Translations under genes and position numbers: made by a program
The notes under the pieces: model-generated
The model's input: the letters and a program-made list of their open reading frames with translations, nothing else
What the model was told of the DNA's origin: nothing
Databases searched by the model: none
Part shown: one piece after another, positions 35,801 through 49,548 of the stretch
Layout of the letters: each line of letters opens with the position of its first letter
How positions within the stretch are numbered: the first letter of the stretch is position 1
From: Paragordius varius
Taxonomy: Eukaryota > Animalia > Nematomorpha
Direction: 5' to 3'
NCBI GenBank assembly: GCA_964247055.1
Contig: OZ176050.1
Coordinates: forward strand, 14,446,001 to 14,510,000
DNA: 64,000 nucleotides

Positions 35801-38800
35801 CGATAAACAAGCGTTACAACGCTGATTTTTTTTGTTTATTTATATTAAAATTTCAAAAAATTGTTTTTCATTTTATCGCTTGATCTTATAAATGTCGAAA
35901 CTTATTGAAACAAAATTGTTAGATATCAAGAAAATTATATACCATTTACACTTTGCCCTTAAACGATTCAGATTTACCCTAAAAAAATGTTTTTTTTAAG
36001 TTTAAAAACACTTTATTTATTCATATTTCTCAAAAACGAAATTTTGTTTGTAATTAAATAATACTGAAAAAATAATAAACTAAGCCATAAAGATTAATAA
36101 TCAGTTATATTAGCCCGAAAACCCAATTTATTTTTAGGCTAAATTCGAATTGTGCAATGGCGAGTTTGAATTGTTCTAGGGTGAATGAATTATTCAATGG
36201 TGAATTTGAACTGAAAATGGTATATCTAATTAGAAACGTTCCATTGTTTAACAGTGTAAAATTTTGATTGCACATTAATATAATTTTTACGTTTTGATAA
36301 TTAAATGACTGTGGACGATTTTCGGTTCCATATGCATACACACCTTGATTAAAATGGCTTGAGTGCAAATTGGCATCGGAGTTAAAAATTTTACCATTAT
36401 TCATATCATGATGTTGGTTATACACTCCCAATTTTTCCATAAATTGTTGCAAATTATGAGGGCTCTCAAATTTTATCTAAATTAAAAAAGTATGTATGTA
36501 AAGCAAATTAATATTTAAAGTTTTAATATTTTTCAAATTTTATAACTTGAGCAGATTCCATTTGTGAACCCTGAGTCATAACCTGATGTAATGTGTTGAA
36601 GAGTGTCAGAAAATAAGTTATTTGACGTGGAAGTGTTTGCACGGCATAAGCGTTATTAGTACAAAGTATGCAAAATTTTTGCAGTTCTTTATTCCTGTCA
36701 TAATGATTGTTGTATGTCTGGACATCATGCGAAAATTTTGGGCGAATCAAGATGTTGGGTATACTATTGCATGTTAACAGTATGCTTGTATCTGCAAATT
36801 TAAAGATTATTTTGGAAAGATATAATATTATTAAGCCTGAAGCCTTCCTTGATTTTTATATACCCCTTTAGCGTTTTAAAATATATTTTTATATTTTCAT
36901 AGGCACAAAAAAGAAATCATTTGCCTATAAAAGGTAATGAAATCAGTAAATTTTGTTAAATGACTCTAAACGGATCTTTGGCAAACGCATAATGTTTAAA
37001 AAATATATTAATGTGATTCACAGTTCCTGCTCTTGATTTAGGGGCTTTAGGATTAAACAGTAAATTTATTTCAATATAACATGCTTGATGGATCATTTTG
37101 AAATATTATGTGACTGTTTTTAAAACATTATCTTATTTTCGCAAATTTTAAAGTTTGATCCTGTAAACGGAGGTAAAAAATATTTAATATACCATTTACA
37201 ATTCCAATTCACCCTTAAACAATTCATATTCACCCTTGAACAATTCAAATTCACCCTAAATTTGGCTAATATAACTCATTTTTTCATATGAAATATATAT
37301 TTACAACATAGTTTATTATTTTTTCAGCATTATATTGATTTTAAAACAGAATTTCATATTTTGAAAATATTAAAAAAAAAGGAAATTTTTATTGTATAAA
37401 ACATAATTTTTTAGGGTGAATTTGAATTGTTCAAGGGTGAATTACTGTAAAATATATATTTTAAATTATTCAATTATCCTATTTTGTCTGTTTCTTAAAG
37501 TTTTAAATTTTTGAGAAAAACCGTTTTTGTATTAACCAAAAACAGTATAGTTTAAAGTAATTCCATTCGGTTCTGGTTTCTTAAACGATTTGAACTTAAA
37601 CATTTTCTATTTTTTGTTGTTTGTCGGAATTCCAAATTGTTCACCGAATAAAAATCAATAAAAATTGCAATGAAACATCCAAGGATAATTCCTTGAAACG
37701 TTCGGTAATCCAATTCATTATTATAGATGTCTTAAATATTTTATACTAATTGTATATATAAATATACACCTACATTGGAAAACAGCTATTTACCTGACAA
37801 TTTTAGGAGCTGGGTCATTGTTTTGAGATTGAATTCAATAATAGCTGAATAAATGAAGGGCGAAGCGGTATTCATGGAATTTTGTAGTGATAAATTTATG
37901 TGGGTATTTCTTGTACATTGATTTAACATGTTGTATTCATCTGCAGAATTGAGTATTAGGGGCATTTCGGCTTCTAATAAGCTATATATTATATTTATAG
38001 CATTACCACAAAGCATCATTTATTTTAAAAATAATAACTGCCTTAATAAATGTCCATCGGAATTTGTATTAAACGAATAAACTAATAAGAGGTATTTAAA
38101 AGCGTAATAATATATTTCTAATTTGGTGCAAAAAAACGATCTCAACCGTTATTAATTTGGAATAGTTTTTTTACCCCAGAGTAAAAATAAATATCAATCA
38201 AATTATATTTAATAATGGAATTTTGGAGTATTAAATACAGCACAAACTGTAAATCTTAATATTTAACTTTACGCCACATATTTACAGGTTTTCTATTGAA
38301 AGATAATGCTTATATGGTTATTTTTTTATTAAAAACTCAAGGCACTAAAAACCCCAAAACGTATTCTTGAGCTTCAAAAAATATTTTTCCTTATTTTTAT
38401 TAAATACAATTTTTATTTACCTTTTATATCGTTATTAAATGGGAATAAAAATGGTCCAATATTTAGAAAAATTTGTGTGCAAAACAAAATTTATTTATCC
38501 AGTGTTATTGTATAAATTTGTAGATGATTAACTAGTTTTAGAGGTAAAAAATATGAGTGACACCCTAACTCAAAACCTGATGTTCTATTCTCGAAATTAA
38601 ATTTGTTCACATAAGTCTAACGACATTTACAGACCTTAAAGTGGGTGAGTATCTGATGACAAATTGGGTATATTTGATAGTTTGCTCATTAATGTAATGT
38701 ATATCCGTGTGCTGTTGTTCCTGTTGTTGATTTTGTTGATGGTTATAAATAATAAGATCATTATATGCAGAATGGCAACCGTAATTGGAATTCGTATGCG

Positions 38801-41800
38801 GAAGATTGCTAAAATTCCCCAACAGGATTTGATTTGTGAGAAATGCTGTTTTATCATAACTGGCCTCTCCGATTCGAAGGCTTTCAAACGCTATCTCAAA
38901 ACATGCACTATTTTCGTTTCCCACAAAATCCTTGGGCGTCCCATAATCGTAATCGTAATTAGTTAAAAGATTGGAAGGATGGATATCAATTTGCGCTGGA
39001 TCTTGGTATCCATCAACCTTATAATAGAAAGATCAACCATTTAATATATAATATTGTGGAATCGTTTTTACCATAATAAATTCAGTAATGTCACTAAATT
39101 TATGAAAAAAATGCAAGTTATAATGGTTCACAAATTCACCAGACTGTCTACTACGCCTCTTCCATTACCCGTTGAAAAATAATGAATGTCATGGCTAGTA
39201 GGAAAGGCATGCGCTTATATCTTAAGAAGCCCTTATGCGTCGAAAGGGTTAATAATGCTTGACACTCTGATGGCATCTAGGGGTACTCGTCTTTTAGGTC
39301 AATTTTTGTAAATGTTAGACCTTCGCATATTTTTGACACCAACTCATCAAACGTATGAGTTATGTGGGAGTCTTCTTGTAAGCACTTATTAATAGGTCGC
39401 TGCATATAACTAATCCATTTGTTTTAAGTACATTACATGTAGGCGTGGCCCATGTCACAGGTCATTTACAAAAATTAACCTAAAAGACGCGTATATCCCC
39501 AGATGCCAGTTGCAGAGGAGTGTCAACCATTATTAACTATTTCGAAACACAAAGGTTTTTCAGATATAAACCTGTCTTTTGTACTTGCCACGGCATCCAT
39601 CATTTTTCAACGGGTGGAACAGGTGCTAGCTGACAGTCCGGGAACTTGTGAATTTTTAGATCACGTTCTAGTGACTATAAAAACGGAAACTGAACACATA
39701 AACAATTTATTTAAAAAACGTATTAAGTCGGCTTGATATGGTCGGATTCAAGTTAAGACATAATAAATTAATGATAGGGGCAGAATTAGTGAACTATTTA
39801 GGGTTGGAAATAACAAAAACGGGTATAAACCTGTGGAAAAAATCTAGGCAAGAAAGAAATAAAGGCCTGTGGATACAAAATTAGATTTTAAGGACTTTTG
39901 ACATTTCATAAACGATTTAAACCAAATTTACAATTGATAGTCGGTCCTTTACATGCATTAGTAAAAACGAATGGGACTTGACAGAGAAAAATGAGAATAT
40001 CTGGAAAGCAACTAAGAAATTGTTGAGCGAAAAACTGTTTATACCACATAATCCTAGTAGGGAGTGCATCTGAATTAGGATTTAAGGGTATTTTAAGTCA
40101 TAAAGTCAAAAGTAAAAGGGTACCGATCGCGTATGCCTCTCAAAAATGTAACTACGCCGAACGGAACTACTCCACTATTGAAAAAAATTAAAAGCAATGT
40201 TGTTTGCACTAGAAAGTTTCATAGTCTTGTGTATGGTAGTAAAATGTAATATTAATGGATTTTTTACCGCTAGTAGAGTTAAGTAACAAAGATCGAAACC
40301 TAAAAGAAATAAAAAATGCTAGATTGTTTAGATGGTTAAATAAGATAAATATTAGAGATAAATCACCAAAATAAAGCTCAAAATAGAGCCGATTTAGATG
40401 ACGAGATCGATGCTAAGTGGTTACCCGATACCTGAGAATTTATTTTGTCATAACGTGCGGTTAAGCAGAGATGAGATTAAAAATGAAAACGCGTTAGATC
40501 CTAAAAAAGTATTCAAATCGTTAAACAACCATGACTGGTCCAGAACTAGAAAAGTTTGTAAACCGTTAAAGACAAGTTGGCATCTCAATATAGACTTGTT
40601 AAGTGTAAATAATCGGATTCTTCCAAAGCCCTTCCCCCTAAAAAGAAGTGGGTGCGATGCCTACACAGCGGTCATAACAACGTAGAGACCATGAAAGCGA
40701 TGGCCAGATTTACGTATTATTGGCCAAAACTAGAAAGAGACGACCTGGTAAAAGCAAGATGCGAAGCATGCCAACGTAGTTGGTTAAATGTACCCCAGAA
40801 TTTTACCTATCAATGGGATCAAACTGTTGCTGTATTGGAGCGGCTGCATATTAATGTACCCGGATGACAGTTATTATTGGTTGTTGATAATTGATAGCGC
40901 CTCCAAATTAGCAGAAATGTTTATTGTAAAAAAAGTACTGCAGCGAATGTAATCCACAAACTAGGAGAAACTTTTGCAAGGTTTGGATTTCCTAGATAGA
41001 TAATTCTGAAAATGCGTCGTAATTTAACAATTAGTATTTTTCAACCTAAGTAAGTTAGGGGTGAAACATATTAAAGTTGCCCTCTACCATCCTAAAAGCA
41101 ATAGGATGGTAGAAAGGTTATTAAATATGTTAAAAAATAAATACAAGAGAAAAATATATAGCGCTATATCCACCCTCAAAACTCTTAACAGTAGCCTATA
41201 GGCGCAACTCTATACACTGGACAACTAAAGAAACCCCGGCTCAATTAATGTTGAAACGAGCACTCCATATCTCCTAACCTGGTTAAATGGTAGAGCGAGA
41301 TTATTAGATACGCCGGCCCCTGACGTCAGTTTTCGATTAATGACCCAGTAATCAAAAAGGACTAAGTCCACGTTGGCACGCGTGAGAGATCCCTGATCAT
41401 ACAGGGCTATTTACCTTCAAAATGTGGGACAAAAATCGAGAGAAACTCGTAAGAAAACACGCCCATCAAATCATACAGCAGCCACATCAGGAATTAACTA
41501 CATCAAGCAACACCAAATGTCGTAACCGCTGAAACTCAAACAGACGAAATCATCAACACCAATGACGAAACCGTTGCATTGAATACCGAGATAACCTCGA
41601 TATCAAACAATAGTAACAAAAGTATTGATAATCCAAGATATCAAGGAGGCAACCACAGCCAGCACCCGATGTAAAGACGTTACCCTTCGAAAACACATCA
41701 GAAACCCGTTCCGTTAAAAGAAAAAAGTGATGTTATAGTTTATAACCTCAAGCACTCATTTAATAATATGGCACTTTACATTTATAAAATGTATACATCT

Positions 41801-44800
41801 ATTAATTGAATATTTAGTAGTAACATCCCTTTTGAATACTTTATACCAGCATGATAGCCTTTTGTGATATAACTTTTTGTATTTTTAATAAATAACCCTA
41901 TTTTACAAAAGATGGTTAGTTGTTTTATTTTTTTAATGGGTCCAATTTTACCTGTAATTGGTAACCATTATATATATTAATAATACCTGTTGATTAACAT
42001 TCCAATGTACAACCCCATTTTCGCAATACTTATTAACATTGGAAAACGGTTTCTCAACGCCATTCAAATTATTTTGGGTTGTTTGAAGGTTTGTTCCGTT
42101 CTTGCTGTTTGGTTTTGATTCTACTGATTTACTCAAGGCCTTTGATAACTTTTGTTTGACTTTGACTTCTTCCCTTTTGTTGGCCATTTTATGTTGTTTG
42201 CTATCAGTTGTGTTGTTTGCCAATGTGTTTCGTATTTTATTCCCAGTAAAATCATAAGCACTCCAAAAAGCCGTTTCCCTTGATTGTAAATGAAGGCTGT
42301 CTTGGTCTTCAGATGGATTAGAGGCATCCGTCATAGCGGATGAAATCTGTGTGGAAAATACGTCACTTGATAACTGGGTGTCCTCAGTTTCAACTGAAGT
42401 AACACTATTGATTGAACATGAGTAACTGCTCGGCTTTTTGTGATCATTGCTGACAATGGGATCAAAATTGTTAATAAACGATGTTTTTGCCAAATTTTGT
42501 CCAAAACTGTCATTGCCATGTTTTGCGGTGTTGTTGCTTGTAATTGATTTGCGTAGTTTTTTATTTTTTCCTTTGGTGGCTCTATTAGATTCTGCCAATA
42601 ATAAGGAGAAATATTAATCTTTCCAAAATTAAAATAAAACAGATTATTAAAAAAATCAACAGCTTAATATTTAAACTTGTTCCATTCGTATTGCATTCAA
42701 TATCATTGAAAGATCCGACCCCACAATTCTGCATACTAGGTTCTGACACTTGAGGGGCCATATTGGTATAATTTTTACTCTTGTGTAACGAATTTCTATG
42801 GTTACTTACGGCAGTGTTTCCATTATCCCGGGCAGTTGATAAAAGCTCTTTAACTGTTAACCGTCGTGCCTTGTTACATGTGTTTAGGAGTGTAGTAGAT
42901 GGTGTATTATTTGGCAATGTTGTATAGGTCTTTGCATTATAGCTACTATTTGGTCGATTATCTGCCAAATTAGATAAGTAAAAATCGAAATTATACGGGC
43001 AAAAGGTAAAAATATATGGATGAAATTTTTTTTAAAAAAATAACCATATAAATCTTAATCCCATAAAAATATTTAATTACAATCGTAAATAATCATAATT
43101 GATTGTGTTACCAATTTACATTTCTAAATTATACTTTGGAGTTAAAAACAATATTGTATTTTAAAAAATCAAGATTTAGAAAGTATGGTCGTCTAAAAAA
43201 TATTTTTGTCTTTATATATTTACGTTTTGTCCGTAATTCCAATTTTTACCGTAAAATTTCGACATATTTTTTACAATTTCATTCCAAAAAAAATTGAAAT
43301 AGACTACTAAAATTCATGGCTGTCATTCAAGCGTTTTTATGCTTTAGGCAATTCTATATTACCGATAGGGTGATTGTTTTACAAACAAAAAAGGGTGTTA
43401 CACGAAATATAAGAAATAAAATCAGAAAACCAAAAGGCGACAAACAGCTGATTGTTCTTAAATTAAACCGTTTAAATTTCGCAGTATATAAATAAATTGG
43501 TCAAAAAATAATACCACAAAACATATTATAAAACTTATTGTTGTATGATATAAAATTATGCAACTCTGATTGAATAATGTTACTTGCATTCCGCAATTCA
43601 CCCAAACTTTAAAGATGAATACAGGCTAGCTATTTTTGCTTACAACTGTACACAAACAGTATTTTCTTTTACATTCGTTATATAATTTTGGCAGAATATA
43701 TAGAAAACGCATTTTATGGGTTGCTTATTTTACACTATAGTTGGGAAACTATGAAAAACATTGTAAATTGTACCATCATATACAAAGCAACAGTTTTATG
43801 ATTTATTTAAACTTATTGATATCACAGTATGCCGTTGGTTAATTGATAGTACAGTAACGTATGATATTTTACAAATTTTGTCTATAATTTAATAAAATTT
43901 ATTGCCGTGTAAGATAGGTGAAAAATGTAATTACAACCATTTGTTTTTTGTTTAACACACTACTGTATTGCCAATTGCCGATAGTTGAATGGTTAAAACT
44001 GATAAACTCAATAATACTGTAAATTCCATCATTGGTTAATCCAAAAACAAATCTGCGCATTTTTTCCATTTTATTCTTAATTATTAAGATTAAAATTAAA
44101 AATCGCTTATTATATTTTCTTTTTTTTACCGGATTTATCACTTCGCGATATTACAATTCTGAGGATTTCAGCACCGATAATATAAAATGCAATAGACATA
44201 GTTTTTTTTTCAAATCGTGATATATTAAATGTAGAATGGAAACATTCTTATAAATTACCCGACATATTTAATCAAAAAATCCTGATAATAATGACATACC
44301 GAAATCCGTATTGTATTCAAAGCTATTCATAGTTTGATTTCTTTGTTGTTTATATGTTAGGGCGGCAGAATCTTCCATATTTGAATGGCACTCCTTTATC
44401 CTTAGTAAATCATTGTTTCCATTGGAATAACCGTTTGAAAGAACTCGCATAGTATCTTCTAAATACGGTTTATTATCACATTGATTGGAATATGTTCCAG
44501 TATTCTGACTACTGGCTTCTAATTGATTTAATAACAACATTGTGTTAATATTGGTTTTGTGAAGAGACGAAATTCCATTTATATTATCATCATTACTTTG
44601 AGTTTTATGGGAATAATAACTGTCCTTGTGTAATATTTCACTGGAAAACATGGTATAGTCTGCGGGCTTGGCGCCATTAACTTCGGAATCAAGGAGGTTT
44701 GGAAACGTTGGTATCATAAAATCACTCATATAATCTTGTCTTGCTTGAGTGTCGTTATAATTATTTACATGACCCATTTCCGGTTCCAAAGATTTTTCAC

Positions 44801-45347
44801 CTTCTCGTTGCTGATGGCAACCACCGTATTGACTGTGATAATTTGGTTGAATTATTCCGGTGGAAGTGGAATTGTTTGATAAATAGCTCTCCTCTCCGGT
44901 ATGCCCACCTCCCAAGATATCATCCAAAAACATTTCGTTAATGTGCAATTCATGATTCTCGACAACAACATTATTGTAATTTTCTGTGCTGGCAAAAGTT
45001 AAATTTTTCTTATTTACGCCTCCGTATATATGGTTGGACGCTGAAAAATCTGTCAGAGGTTTTATCAAGGGCATTAAAAGAGTGTCAGAAGTCGTTCTGG
45101 ATAAATCATTAGAAAATACGGGATTTGTAAGAGAATGTCCATTAAATTTATGCAGAAGGGGTGGTAAACTATTATCAGTGTCAATGTGTCCAATATTAGG
45201 GCCATTATGAAAATTGGCCGGAGGTTTCTTAAAATTAGAGTTAGTTTCACTGCTAGAGGAATGAGTATTCCATTGTTGAAACGCTAACTGATATTGCGAT
45301 TGAGTAGTTATGTAATTTAAAGGCTGACAATCATTAGTTCCGTCCAT
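32810..45347 (-). CDS. Uncharacterised about 1,513-aa protein: long Asn/Ser/Gln-rich low-complexity N-terminus plus C-terminal tesmin/TSO1-like CXC and multi-Cys zinc-ribbon module
   Basis: 14 exons: 45347-44300, 44246-44130, 42961-42677, 42591-41987, 39017-38635, 37981-37794, 36791-36547, 36476-36291, 35628-34958, 34759-34408, 34196-34044, 33439-33312, 33203-33101, 32887-32810. All 13 junctions are GT-AG and phase-compatible (4542 nt, no internal stop). Cys motifs: CKCTSGCKTLRCVCIKLGNAC...YCYCIDCHNPLN; ICLMHNI; KLSCC; CPNPSC; YSWC; NHCTVCKRC; QHCYKCNRCYLAG; PCVNC. The 3' exons are the best supported; the join across 41986-39018 could instead be a boundary between two genes. Confidence 0.72.
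39420..41907 (+). mobile_element. Decayed Ty3/gypsy LTR retrotransposon (RT-RNase H-integrase), 5'-truncated, in an intron antisense to the host gene
   Basis: RT fragments FTKINLKDAY / QMPV...FQRVEQVL...FLDHVLV (YxDD decayed); RNase H SASELGFKGILSH...PIAYAS...AERNYSTIEK; integrase zinc finger LHSGH...YYWP...CEACQ and core YHPKSNRMVER. Domain order is RT-RH-IN. Many stops and frameshifts. Confidence 0.9.
41731..41907 (+). repeat. Putative 3' LTR of the gypsy remnant
   Basis: Follows a purine tract (AAAAGAAAAAAG), starts TGTTATAG, contains AATAAA near its end and ends TTTTACA. No matching 5' LTR is visible. Confidence 0.5.
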
Positions 45348-47876
45348 GTAGCTTTTAAGTAGATAATTGAAATTTTAAATTTTAGTTCGAATGAAAACGG
45401 TAGTAGTGAAGTGTTCTTTTAAATTTAGATTATAAATATTTGCTATGAGAATTGTTTTATTAAAATTTTTCGTAAACGCAAAATTAGGGTTAAAGATGGG
45501 TAAAACCGAAAATAATTTATTACCGATCATCCATTTCATTTTTATTTTATCTGAACTATCTCTACTTTACGCTTCGATCTTTGTATGGGAAATGTAAACA
45601 GACCTAGGGATAAAAATTTGAATACTAACCGCTTTTTATAACTATTTTTTTTCATTTTAGATGTAGATGGCAATAATTTTTAGCTGGTGTGTGTGTGTTC
45701 TATCCGTATAAAATTTATAAGCTAAAATTATCGCTTTATAACTGTAGTTACTGGTAAAAGTAGGTAAGGTAAAGGTTCAATACACTAAAATATATTTGGC
45801 ACTTGAGTATTCAAATGAGGGGCACTTGTTAAAAATAATGATTATCTTCCACTATCAATATCATTTCCAAAAATATGTATCTCATGTTTAAAATTTTTCT
45901 TTTCATTCCTAAAAATATATATAAAATAAAAAAAACTTTAATCTGTTCTTTTATGATAACATTGTTGCGCAACATTGTCGTTTGGTTATCTAAATAACTA
46001 AGTCAGACGATTATCATAAATTAATCAACACGTTTTAATTTATCAGTTTTTAATCTTATTGATTAATATAAATATTTGAAAATTTAAACCCAATTTTCGG
46101 GATTAATTTATTTTAATTGCCTCTAACCTAATTTAAATTTACTCCGTATTTAAAAATAAAATGATAAGTTATATATTTTAAATTTTTAAAATCCTTTTCG
46201 TTTTACTACAATAATACATATATTTAGGTATTTTTCGCTTAGGTCGTTAGGTTATCATGAAGGTCAATCAATTTTTTACTAATCTAGTAAATTATAAGCT
46301 TTTGCATATTGTTGCGTTTTTCATATATACAATGTTTTTAAAATTGATTATCATCTTTTTTAATGTGATATTTCGCTATTCAGTGGTTAATACATCTGGT
46401 TTATTTAGCAATGAAGATGAGGACAGTATATATATATATATATCTATAATCAATTAAATTAATTTATAGTTCTTTCCTGTTATTGTTCGACTTGTGGAAT
46501 GCAAAATAATTTTACATGTTTAACCAGATTTCCTGGAGCATGCTTCCATGTTTTCAGAAATCATGAGAGGGTTTTTGGGTAAGATTAATAAAGGGGAATA
46601 TTTTGTAAAGCTTTGCTTTAAATAGCTAGCTTCTAGATATTAATATTCAATGATTCTGAAATTGTTCACATATAAAATCTACTGTATAAACATGGGATTG
46701 AAATTACTACAAAACCAAAATCTTGATTGGGAATATTTATTACATTTTAATGGGCAACAAACTCCAATTTTAAATAAAATGAGTTACCGATAATTCTAAA
46801 ATATTATTTTTTTTGATTTGGATTAAAACTTCATTACCCCCTTCACTTTTTTGTCATAGTTTACATTTTGGGTAGTTTTATATATAGTTTAATTTTGTAA
46901 ATAAATTACTGTTTTGAAAATTTATTTAGATTAAAATTTTAAAAAATTCTCAAGTATATGATTAAAAAGCTTATATTTTTTACAGTTTTGAGATTTCTAG
47001 AGTCTAAAATTGGGACAGCTCCAAAACACACGATTGAAGCGAACAGATGATATTAAAATTAAAATATAACATGTTTTTGATGGTAAAATGTAGCCTGAAA
47101 GCTTTATAAAATTATTTATTTACAGATTTTAAATAGAATATAAATGCCTGTTGCATAAGCGATTTAAAATAATTTATAAAAAAAATGGCAAAAATTAAGA
47201 TGAGAATTTTTTTAAATTTTATATATTTTGGAAATTTTTTTGTAATTTGCGCCTAAAAGGTTAAAGAAAGCATATTTTTAAATTCTAAATACCTTGATTA
47301 TTATTTAAGATATTTGAAATTTATATTTTTCTGGGATATAACACAAGGTAATGGAATGTTAACATTTAGTTAATTGGTTTATGACTGATAATTTTGGGTG
47401 ACTTTAGAATTAAAATTGTTTGAAAATATTTTTTAGGGATTGTCATACGAAAATTTAAGTTTAAAACATAGACCTTCATAATTTAAGTAACTCATCAAAT
47501 TAGGCTGCAAAAAGGGAATGAATTGTAATTTAATAATACAATCATTAGTATATTTTACAGATATTTTATATAGAAAAATTAATATTTATCTTAAAGAAAA
47601 AGATTTGTCATTTACTTTTTAATTTGCTATCCATTTAATAAATATTTATTAAACTACGTTAGTTGTTTAGATGAATTAGAAAAATATCAAAATTGTCCAC
47701 CAAACCTTTTGTCTCAAAGTCTGTATAATCCAGAACCAATCTTTAACCAAAGTAATGTTGTTTGTTGCAATGGGCATAGATGGTGTAATTTTGATGTCAA
47801 CATTCTACCAAATTACACTTTAAGTAACACTTTTTATCATTCAATATAATTTCTTACATAATAAAGTGTATAAAAA

Positions 47877-48407
47877 TCTATATATTTATAAAAATGGAAA
47901 ATGCTGGCTTTGTGATCTGGTACCGGAAAACCAGAAAACCCATTCAAATCCAAACATTAAAAAAATATAATCATTAATGAGTGCCCCGACAATAGCTTCG
48001 CCCTTTTTTTGAATTAGGCCCCCAGTTTGGGCCCACCCCGTATAAAAAAAGTTTTTTTTTGAAAACAGAAGTCCACAAAAATCGTTTCATTGAGACAATT
48101 TTCCGGAGAACGTGTTAAACCATTCAATTTCAAATAGGATATTTATTTAGTTATTTTCGATTGCGCCGAACATAATCCTCTCGCTTTTTTAATTTAGGCC
48201 CTCTTTTTACCCGCTCCCCACGCATTTTTTTCAAAAAACGTCCACAAAAATAATTTTTTGAATCTATTTTTCCCCAAAGGTATGAGACCGTAATAATTCA
48301 ATAAGGATTCTACATATTCCCTGTTAAAAGGAAAAAATTTTGGTCAAGTATTTCTTTGATGATAGCCGCTGAGTAAGGAGCTACCCGCTAAAAACGGACC
48401 CGTCAGA
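47877..48407 (+). mobile_element. Second, diverged copy of the same Helitron lacking its own 3' hairpin
   Basis: Starts A^TCTATATATTTATAAAAATGG and aligns by eye with 48967-49499 for about 530 bp, then continues into unrelated sequence. Confidence 0.7.
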
Positions 48408-48966
48408 TCGAAATCGCGTGCTTTTAGGGCTAAATTTCAGAAAACTTATCAGGTCATATGAATTCAATAGCTGCTTAAAGTATTACCCTTAAAAAGTCAA
48501 AAATATGAGTTGAGCGGATTTTTTAAATTAGCCGTTAAATAGGCCCTTTACTCCCTAAAAATGCGCTATCATTGAACTATTATTTAGAACGATGATTCCA
48601 AGTATAAAGGCAAATTTTTTTATCTAACTACATTTTTATATTGGCCTCTAGGTAGGGGGCTACCGCCTATAACTGCGCCATCATATCGATACAGCATGCC
48701 TTTAGAGCCAAATTTCAGAAATATAAGACTATGTAAATCATTTTAAAACTTCGTGCCTCATAAAAAAATTGCTTATAATCAAAAATATATTATGCTCATT
48801 TCAAATAAAATTGTTTATCTCAATATGTAAACGAAACATTTAAATGATCAATCCGACTTTATTCATTTTAAACATAAAATCGTATTAGTTTATTGTTTTA
48901 TTATTTATCTATCATATGTATAGGATGTTAACAAATATATGGATAATAAAACATTATTTATGGTAA

Positions 48967-49548
48967 TCTATATTTTTATAAAAATGAATGCTGGCTTTGT
49001 GATCTGTTCCCGGAAAACCGGTAAGCCCATTCAAATCCAAATATCAAAAAAATATAATCATTAATGAATGCCCCGACAATAGCTTCGCCCTTTTTTTGAA
49101 TTAGGCTTCCAGTTCGGGCCCGCCCCGTGTGAAAACCGGTTTTTTTGAAAACAAAAGTGCACAAAAATCGGTCTGAGACAATTTTCCGGAGAACGTGTTG
49201 GACCATTTAATTTCAATATGATTTTTGTTTACTTCCTTTCGATTGCGCCAAACAAAGTCGGCTCTCTATTTTAATTTAGGCCATCTTTTTACCCGCTCTC
49301 CCCGTAAAATGTGATTTTTTTCAAAAAACAAGGCCAAAAAAATAATTTCTTAAATCTATTTATCGCCCAAGGTATGAGACCGTAAAAACTCAATAAGGAT
49401 TCCACGCATTCCCTGTTAAAAGGCAAAAATTTTAGTCAAGCGTTTCTTTGATGATAGCTGCTGGGTAGGGGTTACCCGCTAAAAACTGATCCTCCCAGAA
49501 GTCCGAAGGATTTCCTCGGGCTGCGTAGCAGCCCGAGATTTACGCTAG
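48967..49548 (+). mobile_element. Non-autonomous Helitron
   Basis: 5' end TCTATATTTTTATAAAAATGAATG after an A; perfect 10-bp GC-rich hairpin CTCGGGCTGC-GTA-GCAGCCCGAG (49515-49537) 7 nt before a terminal CTAG (49545-49548) followed by T; A^T target with no TSD. Confidence 0.8.

Noticed and set aside
37553-37735. Stop-free minus-strand stretch (DIYNNELDYRTFQG...) in a CXC-gene intron
   Set aside because: It has a plausible phase-1 acceptor but only a weak donor, and it is not needed for the frame; it remains a possible alternative exon.
37900-37981. SLLEAEMPLIL resembling nuclear-receptor LBD helix 1
   Set aside because: No further LBD features and no C4 zinc-finger DBD; likely coincidence.
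39220-39252. piggyBac-like terminus (AAAGGGTTAA)
   Set aside because: Single short match with no partner TIR.
43899-44141. 80-aa minus-strand ORF as an extra exon of the CXC gene
   Set aside because: Its acceptor is phase 0, while the flanking exons join directly in phase 1; no support without RNA data.
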